DNA from: Gemmata obscuriglobus
GTDB lineage: Bacteria > Planctomycetota > Planctomycetia > Gemmatales > Gemmataceae
Assembly (NCBI RefSeq): GCF_008065095.1
Contig: NZ_CP042911.1
Location: forward strand, 4,140,001-4,172,000
Direction: 5' to 3'
Length of the DNA stretch: 32,000 nucleotides
In this document: positions 10,155-17,688 of the stretch, in pieces
How positions within the stretch are numbered: the stretch's first letter is position 1
How the letters are laid out: each line of letters starts with the position of its first letter
Program-made: the position numbers and the translations under genes
Notes under the pieces: model-generated
The model's database searches: none
What the model was told of the DNA's origin: nothing
Seen by the model: only the letters and a program-made list of their open reading frames with translations

Positions 10155-11228
10155 TCACACCGTCCGGGCGATCTTCATTTTCTTGTAAACATAAATCGCA
10201 ATTCCGCATGCAATCATGAATGTCGATACTCGTGTAATCCAGCGATCGGGAGATTGAATCTCTTCCGTTGTTGCCGATGTGAACGTATCGCCCGCCCCAG
10301 AGGGGGCGTTGCTCGATGGGTTCGGCAGGGTCCCTCTCGCGACCGTCAATGGCTTACCGTCCGCCCCCTTGGCCTCCCCACCGATCTCGCCCGCGCTGTT
10401 GGTCTGCCAAACCTTGTTTTGGATCTGGTCGAGGACAGTGAAATTGGGAGGAAATTTAAATGCCAACCGGTCTCTTGACACAGGTTGGTTCAACCGGATG
10501 TCCTGAACTGCAACGGTGCGCCGCGCGATCACTTTCCCGTCCACCGCGGAATAATTGGTGGACGCGACTTGACTCGGGAAGTAAATGCCAGGGGCGACCT
10601 CTCGAAATGCGGTCACGGTGTTATCACCAATGGGATGTGGGAACTCCTTTGTGCTCCAGATCACGAGCTTGCCCACTAGATAGTTGTGTGATTTCGAAAA
10701 CCAAATGTCGAGCTTCGCCTTCTCATGGGTCAGCGTGACCACCGCGTACTCGTTCCCCGCTTCCTTGGCATTTCTCACCGACGCGCTCTGGCCCGCTTCC
10801 TTTAGCACGGTTGCGAACGGGGCACGGAACTGCGTCGCGCCGGGAACGGTGAGGAGGCACAAGGCCATCGGGTCACCGTAGATCGGTCCGCCTGCGGCGG
10901 CGATTTTCCCGGAACTGGTCGAGGCGCCCCCTGCTGTCGGGCCGTTGTCAAATGTGCGAACCGTATTGTCTTTACCGTATGTTTCGGAATGTCGTCCCCT
11001 CTCAGTATGTAGTTTCAGGTGGAACTCCCCTCCATCCCGCCAGTATTCAATGGTTTCGGCGCCCGTGGGCAACGCCGGCTCAAAAGTGACGCGTAGCTTC
11101 AAATATAAGGTGGATATCGCCTCAGCCGTTTCGGTGTGGCGTAATTTGACCGCATTGAGGTCGGCGTCGCCCGCCCGTGCCCACGCAGGGCAGAGCATCC
11201 AAGCCCCAACCAATAATGCACGAACCAT
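10155..11228 (-). CDS. hypothetical exported protein with N-terminal signal peptide and C-terminal transmembrane anchor
   Basis: MVRALLVGAWMLCPAWARAGD is a signal peptide. A beta-rich body of about 300 aa follows. C-terminal WITRVSTFMIACGIAIYVYKKMKIARTV is a TM helix plus a basic tail. G+C is visibly lower than in the neighbours. It is co-directional with the DUF1559 gene 90 nt downstream. Confidence 0.75.
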   Translation of the reverse strand: MVRALLVGAWMLCPAWARAGDADLNAVKLRHTETAEAISTLYLKLRVTFEPALPTGAETIEYWRDGGEFHLKLHTERGRHSETYGKDNTVRTFDNGPTAGGASTSSGKIAAAGGPIYGDPMALCLLTVPGATQFRAPFATVLKEAGQSASVRNAKEAGNEYAVVTLTHEKAKLDIWFSKSHNYLVGKLVIWSTKEFPHPIGDNTVTAFREVAPGIYFPSQVASTNYSAVDGKVIARRTVAVQDIRLNQPVSRDRLAFKFPPNFTVLDQIQNKVWQTNSAGEIGGEAKGADGKPLTVARGTLPNPSSNAPSGAGDTFTSATTEEIQSPDRWITRVSTFMIACGIAIYVYKKMKIARTV

Positions 11229-11257
11229 CAGTAACCCTCATGAAATGGGGAGCCTTT

Positions 11258-11408
11258 GTGCTCCCCCACGGCCAACGCGTATTAATTGCCTGGAAATCCC
11301 AGGGTTTCGCAGTTGAGACCCCAAAAACGCCTTGCGAAACAAGCACTACCTCGCGAAACACACGAAATCCCAGGGGAATCAATACGCGTTGGCCGTGGTG
11401 CTCCCCCA
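11258..11408. mobile_element. MITE-like palindromic element: 22-bp terminal inverted repeats flanked by a direct repeat
   Basis: CCACGGCCAACGCGTATTAATT (11266-11287) versus the reverse complement of AATCAATACGCGTTGGCCGTGG (11377-11398) matches 21/22. GTGCTCCCCCA occurs at both outer edges (11258-11268 and 11398-11408). Internal direct repeat GAAATCCCAGGG at 11293-11304 and 11364-11375. Central 8-bp hairpin GTTTCGCA...TGCGAAAC. Confidence 0.4.
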
Positions 11409-12111
11409 ATCATCAAGCAACGGCTAACGGCTGCTCCACCGCCTCCGCACGCATTACACCCTTGGTACAGAACGACGCAGGGGAACCCGTTCTGATCAGT
11501 CTCGTTGCAACCGTAGAGGTTTGCTGGCCGCTGCGTGCAAAATTCGGTCCCGGATCGCACGTTCACCCATCCAGCGTTGACCGTACACGTCGATCGCTCG
11601 GATAGATGACCACGGCGTTACACGCCCACAACCCGAGCACGTACCGATGAGCCCCGGTGCCACAGGTGACTTGGACGCAACCGGCACTGGCATCCCGAGC
11701 AGACAGCGCACGAAAAGTACCAAGAGGCGCGGGGCCCCCTACCACAACAGCCCCTCCGCATCAGAAAACTCGTTGCCAGCCGGTGTGGTCGGCGGAGAGG
11801 GCGATGATCGTAAATCAGTCGACTCTGAAATAAAAGACCAAGAAAATGCACGTCCTGCTCCTGATGCTCATGGCCACGCGGCGCCAACGAGCACGCAGCA
11901 AATGACACCCTGCAACCCGCCTTACGAGTGCGTGCGGCGAGTGTTCATAATTAACATGACAAAATAAGTTGTTTAAAATATCATACTAAAGAGATAATGA
12001 TTTTGCATCGCAGGCTATGAGCGTTCTCCTGCGGGCAGGCGTGCTGGTGGATTGATGCATAGTTTACACTAATGCTGTTATAAAATACTGCGGTATTGAA
12101 TCTTCTATCTC

Positions 12112-12146
12112 GGCCCGTGTGCCCGCCTGCGGCGGGCACACGGGCC
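12112..12146. other. perfect 16-bp stem hairpin (GGCCCGTGTGCCCGCC-tgc-GGCGGGCACACGGGCC)
   Basis: Exact inverted repeat read from the sequence, directly after an AT-rich patch and 183 nt upstream of the thiO-like start. A second 9-bp hairpin, CGGCCGTAC-aacacga-GTACGGCCG, is at 12208-12232. Function is unknown (terminator or structured leader). Confidence 0.5.
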
Positions 12147-12328
12147 GCCGCACTGAACGCGCCTGCCGGCCGCCATTTAGTTCGTCGTGACGCGAGCCGC
12201 TGCCCCGCGGCCGTACAACACGAGTACGGCCGGCACCGGCTTCGAGCGGGGCGCCGCCCGCCAATCGAGCCTCTGTTGGGTAATATGCGAGCAGGATTCG
12301 CTCGGAACTTGAAACGGCTGACCCCGGT

Positions 12329-13453
12329 ATGCCAGCTTCACCAGATGTCGTCATCCTCGGCGGCGGCGTGATCGGCCTCACGTCCGCCTATTTCCTCGCG
12401 CGGGCGGGCGTGTCGGTCCACGTGTACGACCGCGGCGACCTCGGCCGCGAGGCGTCGTGGGCGGGGGCCGGGATCGTGCCGCCGGGGCACCCGGACCGCG
12501 CCGCGACGCCCGCCGACCGGCTCCGCGGCATCGGCTCGGCGCGGTTCCCGGAACTGTCCGCGGAGTTGCGCACGCTCACGGGCGTCGATAACGGCTACCG
12601 GCGCTGCGGCGCTCTGGAGTTTCTCTCTCCCGACGACTCCGATGTTGTGGACCTGTGGCGCGCGGAAGCGATCGCGTTCGAGCGCCTCACAGTGGCAGAA
12701 TCGCGGGCACTCGAACCGCTCGGCACCGTCGAAGGGGAGCCGTACCTCCTGCCGGGATGCGCGCAGGTGCGAAACCCGTGGCACCTCCGCGCACTGATTG
12801 CCGCGTGCGAACGCGCCGGCGTCGCGCTCCGACCGGGCGTAGGTGCGGACGGGTGGGAGTTCACCGACGCGCGGGTCACCGGCGTGCGGCTCTCGTCCGG
12901 TGCCGTCGTTCGGGCCGGCAACTACCTTCTGGCTACCGGGGCCTGGAGCAAACCGCTCCTCCAGCCGCTCGGACACACGCCGCACGTTTACCCCGTGCGC
13001 GGGCAGATCGCGGCGGTCCGCGGCGCGGCCGGGTCGCGCGTCCTGATGATGGGGAAGCGGTACATCGTTCCCCGCGGCGACGGTTTAACGCTGATCGGTT
13101 CCACGGAGGAACCCGAAGCCGGGTTCGAGAACCGCACCACGCCCGAAGGCATCGGCGGACTGGTCGCGTTCGCTCAAGCCGTGCTCCGGTTCGCGAACGG
13201 TCCGATCGTCGAGGCAAGTTGGTCCGGCTTGCGACCCGGATCTCCGGACGGGCTACCGTACCTGGGACCAGTCCCCGGCACGGACCGCGTGTTCGTCGCC
13301 GCCGGCCACTTCCGCGCCGGGGTGCAGCTCTCGGTCGGCACCGCGCAGGTAGTGACCGAACTACTGACCGGGCGACCGCCGTGTGTGGAGCTGCGCCCGT
13401 TCGCCCTGGACCGCCGCCCCGGGGCGAACGCGAAGACCGCGTTCCGGAGCTGA
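12329..13453 (+). CDS. thiO: FAD-dependent glycine oxidase-like oxidoreductase (DAO family, ThiO-like)
   Basis: N-terminal Rossmann motif DVVILGGGVIGLTSAYFLARAG. C-terminal WSGLRPGSPDGLPYLGPVPGTDRVFVAAGHFRAGVQLSVGTAQVV matches the ThiO/DAO pattern. Confidence 0.8.
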   Translation: MPASPDVVILGGGVIGLTSAYFLARAGVSVHVYDRGDLGREASWAGAGIVPPGHPDRAATPADRLRGIGSARFPELSAELRTLTGVDNGYRRCGALEFLSPDDSDVVDLWRAEAIAFERLTVAESRALEPLGTVEGEPYLLPGCAQVRNPWHLRALIAACERAGVALRPGVGADGWEFTDARVTGVRLSSGAVVRAGNYLLATGAWSKPLLQPLGHTPHVYPVRGQIAAVRGAAGSRVLMMGKRYIVPRGDGLTLIGSTEEPEAGFENRTTPEGIGGLVAFAQAVLRFANGPIVEASWSGLRPGSPDGLPYLGPVPGTDRVFVAAGHFRAGVQLSVGTAQVVTELLTGRPPCVELRPFALDRRPGANAKTAFRS

Positions 13454-13473
13454 AAGCGGTTGCGCCGAAATTA

Positions 13474-13512
13474 ACGGAACGAACGAATTTGAAGATCATT
13501 CGTTCTTTCCGT
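13474..13512 (+). terminator. hairpin 20 nt after the thiO-like stop (ACGGAAcGAACGAA-tttgaagatca-TTCGTTCtTTCCGT)
   Basis: 13 paired positions with one mismatch and an 11-nt loop. The right arm is relatively T-rich. Position fits a thiO terminator. Confidence 0.4.
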
Positions 13513-13515
13513 CCT

Positions 13516-13550
13516 GTCGATCCGGTTCAACCCGTCGATCGTTCTCAACC
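13516..13550 (+). promoter_or_regulatory. tandem 17-nt direct repeat GTCGATCnnnnTCAACC x2 upstream of the first GTPase gene
   Basis: GTCGATCCGGTTCAACC (13516-13532) and GTCGATCGTTCTCAACC (13534-13550). 13/17 positions are identical and all four differences fall in the central 4 nt. The repeats lie 47-81 nt upstream of the ATG at 13597. Confidence 0.3.
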
Positions 13551-13596
13551 GGCACTCTTTCCGGCCGTTCGCCCTGACATCTGCGATAATAGAGGC

Positions 13597-15465
13597 ATGC
13601 AACCGACCGAACACCGCTCGGCCGTCGGTCAACTCGCCGACGACCTCCGCTGGCTCGAAGACCACTGCCGCCGGCAGCCCGAGCTGTCCGCGCACGCGGC
13701 CACGCTGCGGCTGGCGTCCGCGCTGACGCGCAACGTGATCGGGCCGTTCCTGGAGGGCCAGCCCCCCCGGCCGCTGCACGTTTCGGTGGTCGGCGGCGCC
13801 GGCGCGGGCAAGAGTACGGTGGTGAACTTCCTGGCGGGAGCAAAGGTCGCGGAGGCGAACCCGCAGGCCGGGTTCACACGCCACCCGACGGCGTTCCTGC
13901 CGCCCGGCCCCGCGTTCCAGTGGCCCAGCTACCTCGGCTTCCTCGGCTCGATGCACAAGCTCTCGGAAGACAAGCCCGCGAGCGTGGACGAGGACGTGTA
14001 CCAGGTGAAACGCGTCCCGCTGCCGGCGAGCGCGAAAGAGGGTTATTCGCACCCGTTGGGCGAGTTCGTGATCTGGGACTGCCCGGACATGACCACCTGG
14101 GCGGCGGAGAACTACGTCGGCCGGCTGCTCGAGATCTCGGCCCTGTCGGACGTGATCGTCTACGTGGCGTCGGACGAGCGGTACAACGACGCGGTCCCGA
14201 CCGAGTTCCTGCATTTGCTCGTGAAGGCCGGTAAGGCGGTCGTCGTGGCGCTCACGAAGATGCGCCCGCAGGACGCCGACGCGTTCATCGAGCACTTCAA
14301 GCAGGAGATCCTGGGCCGGCTCCCCAGGCTCCCGAACGGCGAGACGCCCGCCGTTCCCGTGGTCGCGATCCCGCACATGAGCGTCGCGGACCGGTCCGAC
14401 CCGGCGGGCGCCGGCGCGCACTACCGCGTCCAGTTGCTGAACCAGATCCTGGTTCAGTGCGAGAGCGACGCCCTGACGCGCGCCCGAACAGTGACCAACG
14501 CCGCGAAATACCTGTCGACCGCCGGTGAAGGGCTGCTCGAGGTCGCCAAGCGCGACTTCAGTGAACTGGACGCGTGGAAGTCCGCGGTGCAGTCCGGTAA
14601 GGCGGCCTTTGAGGAGCGCTACCGACGGGAGTTCCTCTCGGGGGAGCAGTTCCGACGGTTCGACCGGTTCCGCGAGCGCCTGACGGACCTGCTCGAGTTG
14701 CCGGCGGCCGGGCGCGTGGTCGGCGGCATCTTCTGGGGGCTCCGGGCGCCGTACCGGTGGACCCGCGACGCGATTTACGGGCTACTCGTACGCCCGGACG
14801 TGCTAAATCTGTCGGAAGAGTCGGTACTGTCGGGTGCGCTGGCGGGCTGGCTGGACGCGCTGCACACCGAGGCGCTGCGCAAGGCCGGTGCCCATGCGAT
14901 CTGGAAGCAGGTGTCGATCCGGTTCGAGTCGGAACTCGCGCCCCAGGCCCGGGACCGGTTCGCCACCGACTTCCGGTCCTTCGAGCTGAAAGAGACGGAC
15001 GACCTCGAACAGGCCGGCCGGGCGCTCGTGAACGGTCTGGAGAAGAACCCGGCGCTGCTGTACTCGCTCCGGGGCGGGAAGCTGGCGGTGGACCTCGCCA
15101 TCATCGGGGGCGTGGTGTATTCGACCTGGCCGCCGGGCTGGGGGCTGTTGCTCATCCCGCTCGGGGTGTCGGCATCCCACCAGACGGCGGAACTCGCCAC
15201 GCGGGCGGTGGCGGAAGGCGCGCGGCAGCGGGTCCGGTCGCACCGCGAGTCGCTGATGACCGCCTCCCTGAGCGCGCCGCTGGCGAACTGGCTGACCGAG
15301 TGGCCCGCGACCGGTGGGACGTCGCTGGAGAAGCTCCAGCAGGTGCTCCGCCGGGTGCCGGAGTCGATCCGCACGCTCGAAGAGCGAGTTGTTGCGAAGG
15401 CCGCCGCACTCACGCAGCCCAAAGAAGCACCGCCGGTGCCGGTCGCGGCTCCCGCCGGGCCGTAA
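13597..15465 (+). CDS. membrane-anchored dynamin-like / HSR1-type P-loop GTPase, paralog 1 (622 aa)
   Basis: First start codon after the thiO stop, within the long 12655..15465 frame (gataatagaggcATG). G1 GGAGAGKST (13792-13818), G2-like FTRHPT, Walker B/G3 FVIWDCPD, G4-like LTKMRPQD. A long helical middle follows, then a hydrophobic hairpin LAVDLAIIGGVVYSTWPPGWGLLLIPLGV near the C-terminus. Confidence 0.85.
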   Translation: MQPTEHRSAVGQLADDLRWLEDHCRRQPELSAHAATLRLASALTRNVIGPFLEGQPPRPLHVSVVGGAGAGKSTVVNFLAGAKVAEANPQAGFTRHPTAFLPPGPAFQWPSYLGFLGSMHKLSEDKPASVDEDVYQVKRVPLPASAKEGYSHPLGEFVIWDCPDMTTWAAENYVGRLLEISALSDVIVYVASDERYNDAVPTEFLHLLVKAGKAVVVALTKMRPQDADAFIEHFKQEILGRLPRLPNGETPAVPVVAIPHMSVADRSDPAGAGAHYRVQLLNQILVQCESDALTRARTVTNAAKYLSTAGEGLLEVAKRDFSELDAWKSAVQSGKAAFEERYRREFLSGEQFRRFDRFRERLTDLLELPAAGRVVGGIFWGLRAPYRWTRDAIYGLLVRPDVLNLSEESVLSGALAGWLDALHTEALRKAGAHAIWKQVSIRFESELAPQARDRFATDFRSFELKETDDLEQAGRALVNGLEKNPALLYSLRGGKLAVDLAIIGGVVYSTWPPGWGLLLIPLGVSASHQTAELATRAVAEGARQRVRSHRESLMTASLSAPLANWLTEWPATGGTSLEKLQQVLRRVPESIRTLEERVVAKAAALTQPKEAPPVPVAAPAGP

Positions 15466-15771
15466 CCACGGGGCACACGGGCGGAGGAAAAAGTCCCCGA
15501 ATGCGGTTTTAACCCGCTTCGTGCGACCGCGAGTGGGAACGCGGAACTCGAAACGGCTGGATTTGAAGCGTATCGCGTTCCTACTGAAATTCGGGCGAAG
15601 TGCAACGCGCCCGAAGAATGGGCACGACTACTGGTGCTCGTGCGGGACATTTACTGGGTATGTCGCACCCCTATTTGGGGGCAGTTTGCTACCGTTGCGT
15701 TCCCGGGGTGCCGCCCGGGCGATGCTGTCACCCCTTCCGGGGGTGAAGGGAAGCCAGGAGCAACGAATCGC

Positions 15772-17682
15772 ATGAGCGCGAGCGGACCCGAACAAGAAGA
15801 CGCCACCGCCACGACCGCCGTCGCGCCCGAGGTGCCGCCGCAACCGCTGCTGCGCACCCTCGCACCGCTCCTCCGCGGGCTGGAGCGGCCCGTGCGGTCT
15901 TGGCTCGACTCGCGCCGGAAGTACCCGCTCAGTATGATGCAGCGGGCCGAGCTGGAAGGGCTCGCCGACGACCTGCGGCGGCAGGCCGAGACGCTCGATG
16001 TCGAGAAGCCGCTATTAGTCGTGATGCTGATGGGGGGCACGGGTGTCGGAAAGTCGACGCTCCTGAACGCCCTCGCCGGCGGGCCGATCGCGCAGGCGTC
16101 GTTCACCCGCCCGACCACCCGCGACCCGGTGGTGTACTTCCACCACTCGGTCAAGTCGGAGCGGCTCGACCCGGCACTGCGGCTGTGCCGCCTGGTCCAG
16201 CACGACCGCGCGGGGCTCGAACAGAAGGTGATCGTCGACACCCCCGACGTGGATTCCAACGACCTGAGCAACCGCGACAAGCTGGTCGCCCTGCTGCCCG
16301 TCGCCGACATCGTGCTGTACGTCGGCTCGCAGGAGAAGTATCACGACCGGATCGTGTGGGACCTGTTCAAGCAGCAGCGGCAGCGCCGGGCGTTCGCGTT
16401 CGTACTCAACAAGTGGGACCGGTGCCTCACCGGCGAAAGCGGAATCCGGCCCGACGAGGACCTGCTCGCGGACCTCAAGGCCGAGGGGTTTCAGAGCCCC
16501 TTGCTCTTTCGCACCACGGCGCAACTGTGGCTCGACGCGGCGAAGACTCATTCCGGGAGCGGCCCCCCGCCCCGTCCCGCCGACCTCCCCGAAGGCGAGC
16601 AGTTCGCGCTCCTGCGGAGCTGGCTCGAACTGGGGCTGACGAAGCTCGAGATCGAAGCCGTCAAGGCGCGCGGGGTCGGGCAACTGCTCGCGCACGTCGC
16701 GCGCGTCGCCGAGGCGAACCGGCCGCCGGACCTCACCGCCGAGGCCGAGAAGGTCAAAACCGCGTGGGAGACAACGCTCGCGGACGAGGCGGATGTGCAA
16801 GCCGACGTGCTGGTCGGCACGCTGGAACCGTACCAGACGGAGGTCGAGCACCATTTCAGCGTCGAGGACCAGCAGCGGTTCCGCGGGCTGATGGCGGCGT
16901 ACCTGCGCGTCACCACGCGGCTCCGGTACGCCGGCAGCGGGCTGCGCGACCGCATCCCGTTAGCCGGGCTGAAGGGCAAGCTGCTCGGCGGGAAGGTCGA
17001 TACGCCGGTCGAGTGGAACCTGGGCGCGTTCGTGCAGGAGTGCGCCCGCACGGCCGGGGAGCGCGTGCTCGACCAGCGCACGGCGGCGCTCATCAACCGG
17101 TTACTCGTGGACGCCGAGTCGAAGGGGTTCCCCCTCACGCTGTTGAGCGAACCGGCGAACTCGGCGGGCCGGCTGGACTGGCGCGACAAGGTCACCCGCG
17201 CCGTGATCGACGCGCTCGCCGAAGTGGAGCGCCAGGCCACGAACCCGACGGGCTTCCGCCGGGCCTTGCGCGGCACGCTCACCGCCGCGGCGAACACGCT
17301 CCCGGAGATCGCCCTCGTGGCGACCGTCGGCACTCTGTTGTGGAACTTTTTCGTGCCCACGCCGAGCATCACCCCGGACATGTTCCAGATGTTGCTGGTG
17401 GTGCTGATCCCGCTCGTGGTGATCGTGGCGGTCCACCTGCTCATTCTGCTGCTGTTGCCGATCCGCTGGCCGACGATCCGCGCCGAGTTCCGCCGGCAGT
17501 TGGGTGACCGAATGGCAACGGAACTGGGGCGCGCGTACCTCGCGATTCCGGGCGAGGTCGCCGCCGCCATCCGTGAGGAGCGCAAACAGGTAGACAGGCT
17601 TGTGGCCGAAACGAAAGAAGTTGAGAACTGGCTCACCGAGCGCCAGCAGGCCGCACACGTGGGCGAGCTGTACGGAAAGTGA
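15772..17682 (+). CDS. membrane-anchored dynamin-like / HSR1-type P-loop GTPase, paralog 2 (636 aa)
   Basis: ATG at 15772 is preceded by AGGAG (15756-15760). An alternative in-frame GTG lies at 15634. G1 GGTGVGKST (16033-16059), G2 FTRPTT, G3 VIVDTPD, G4 VLNKWD. Helical stalk-like region, then two TM segments LPEIALVATVGTLLWNFFV and MLLVVLIPLVVIVAVHLLILLLLPI, then a C-terminal coiled segment. Confidence 0.85.
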   Translation: MSASGPEQEDATATTAVAPEVPPQPLLRTLAPLLRGLERPVRSWLDSRRKYPLSMMQRAELEGLADDLRRQAETLDVEKPLLVVMLMGGTGVGKSTLLNALAGGPIAQASFTRPTTRDPVVYFHHSVKSERLDPALRLCRLVQHDRAGLEQKVIVDTPDVDSNDLSNRDKLVALLPVADIVLYVGSQEKYHDRIVWDLFKQQRQRRAFAFVLNKWDRCLTGESGIRPDEDLLADLKAEGFQSPLLFRTTAQLWLDAAKTHSGSGPPPRPADLPEGEQFALLRSWLELGLTKLEIEAVKARGVGQLLAHVARVAEANRPPDLTAEAEKVKTAWETTLADEADVQADVLVGTLEPYQTEVEHHFSVEDQQRFRGLMAAYLRVTTRLRYAGSGLRDRIPLAGLKGKLLGGKVDTPVEWNLGAFVQECARTAGERVLDQRTAALINRLLVDAESKGFPLTLLSEPANSAGRLDWRDKVTRAVIDALAEVERQATNPTGFRRALRGTLTAAANTLPEIALVATVGTLLWNFFVPTPSITPDMFQMLLVVLIPLVVIVAVHLLILLLLPIRWPTIRAEFRRQLGDRMATELGRAYLAIPGEVAAAIREERKQVDRLVAETKEVENWLTERQQAAHVGELYGK

Positions 17683-17688
17683 CACCGC

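Noticed and set aside
11122-11605. ORFs 11122..11409(-) and 11177..11605(+) share the peptides HGQRVLI and INTRWPW.
   Set aside because: The shared peptides arise because both strands read the same palindromic DNA (the inverted repeats at 11266-11287 and 11377-11398). There are no protein-like features, so these are treated as non-coding.
12303-12320. The 18-mer CGGAACTTGAAACGGCTG upstream of thiO recurs with one mismatch at 15542-15559, in the spacer between the GTPase genes.
   Set aside because: A rough estimate gives about one such 17/18 match by chance among all position pairs in 32 kb on both strands. There is no third copy, so it is not significant on its own.
12150-12331. Possible TPP (THI-box) riboswitch upstream of the thiO-like gene. 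GGGGCGCC and TGAAACGGCTGACCCCGGTATGCCAGC loosely recall THI-box segments.
   Set aside because: The invariant CUGAGA and ACCUGAUC elements are absent, and the start codon would lie inside the aptamer. A cmsearch with RF00059 would settle it, but by eye it does not fit.
15483-15498. GGAGGAAAAAGTCCCC, preceded by ACGGGCGGAGG, resembles the RNase P RNA P4 segment GGAGGAAAGUCCGGGC.
   Set aside because: The spacer is only 306 nt. It lacks the other universal RNase P blocks (the AGGGUGAAA..GGUAAGAGCGCACC and ACAGAACCCGGCUUA types) and the required pairing partner.
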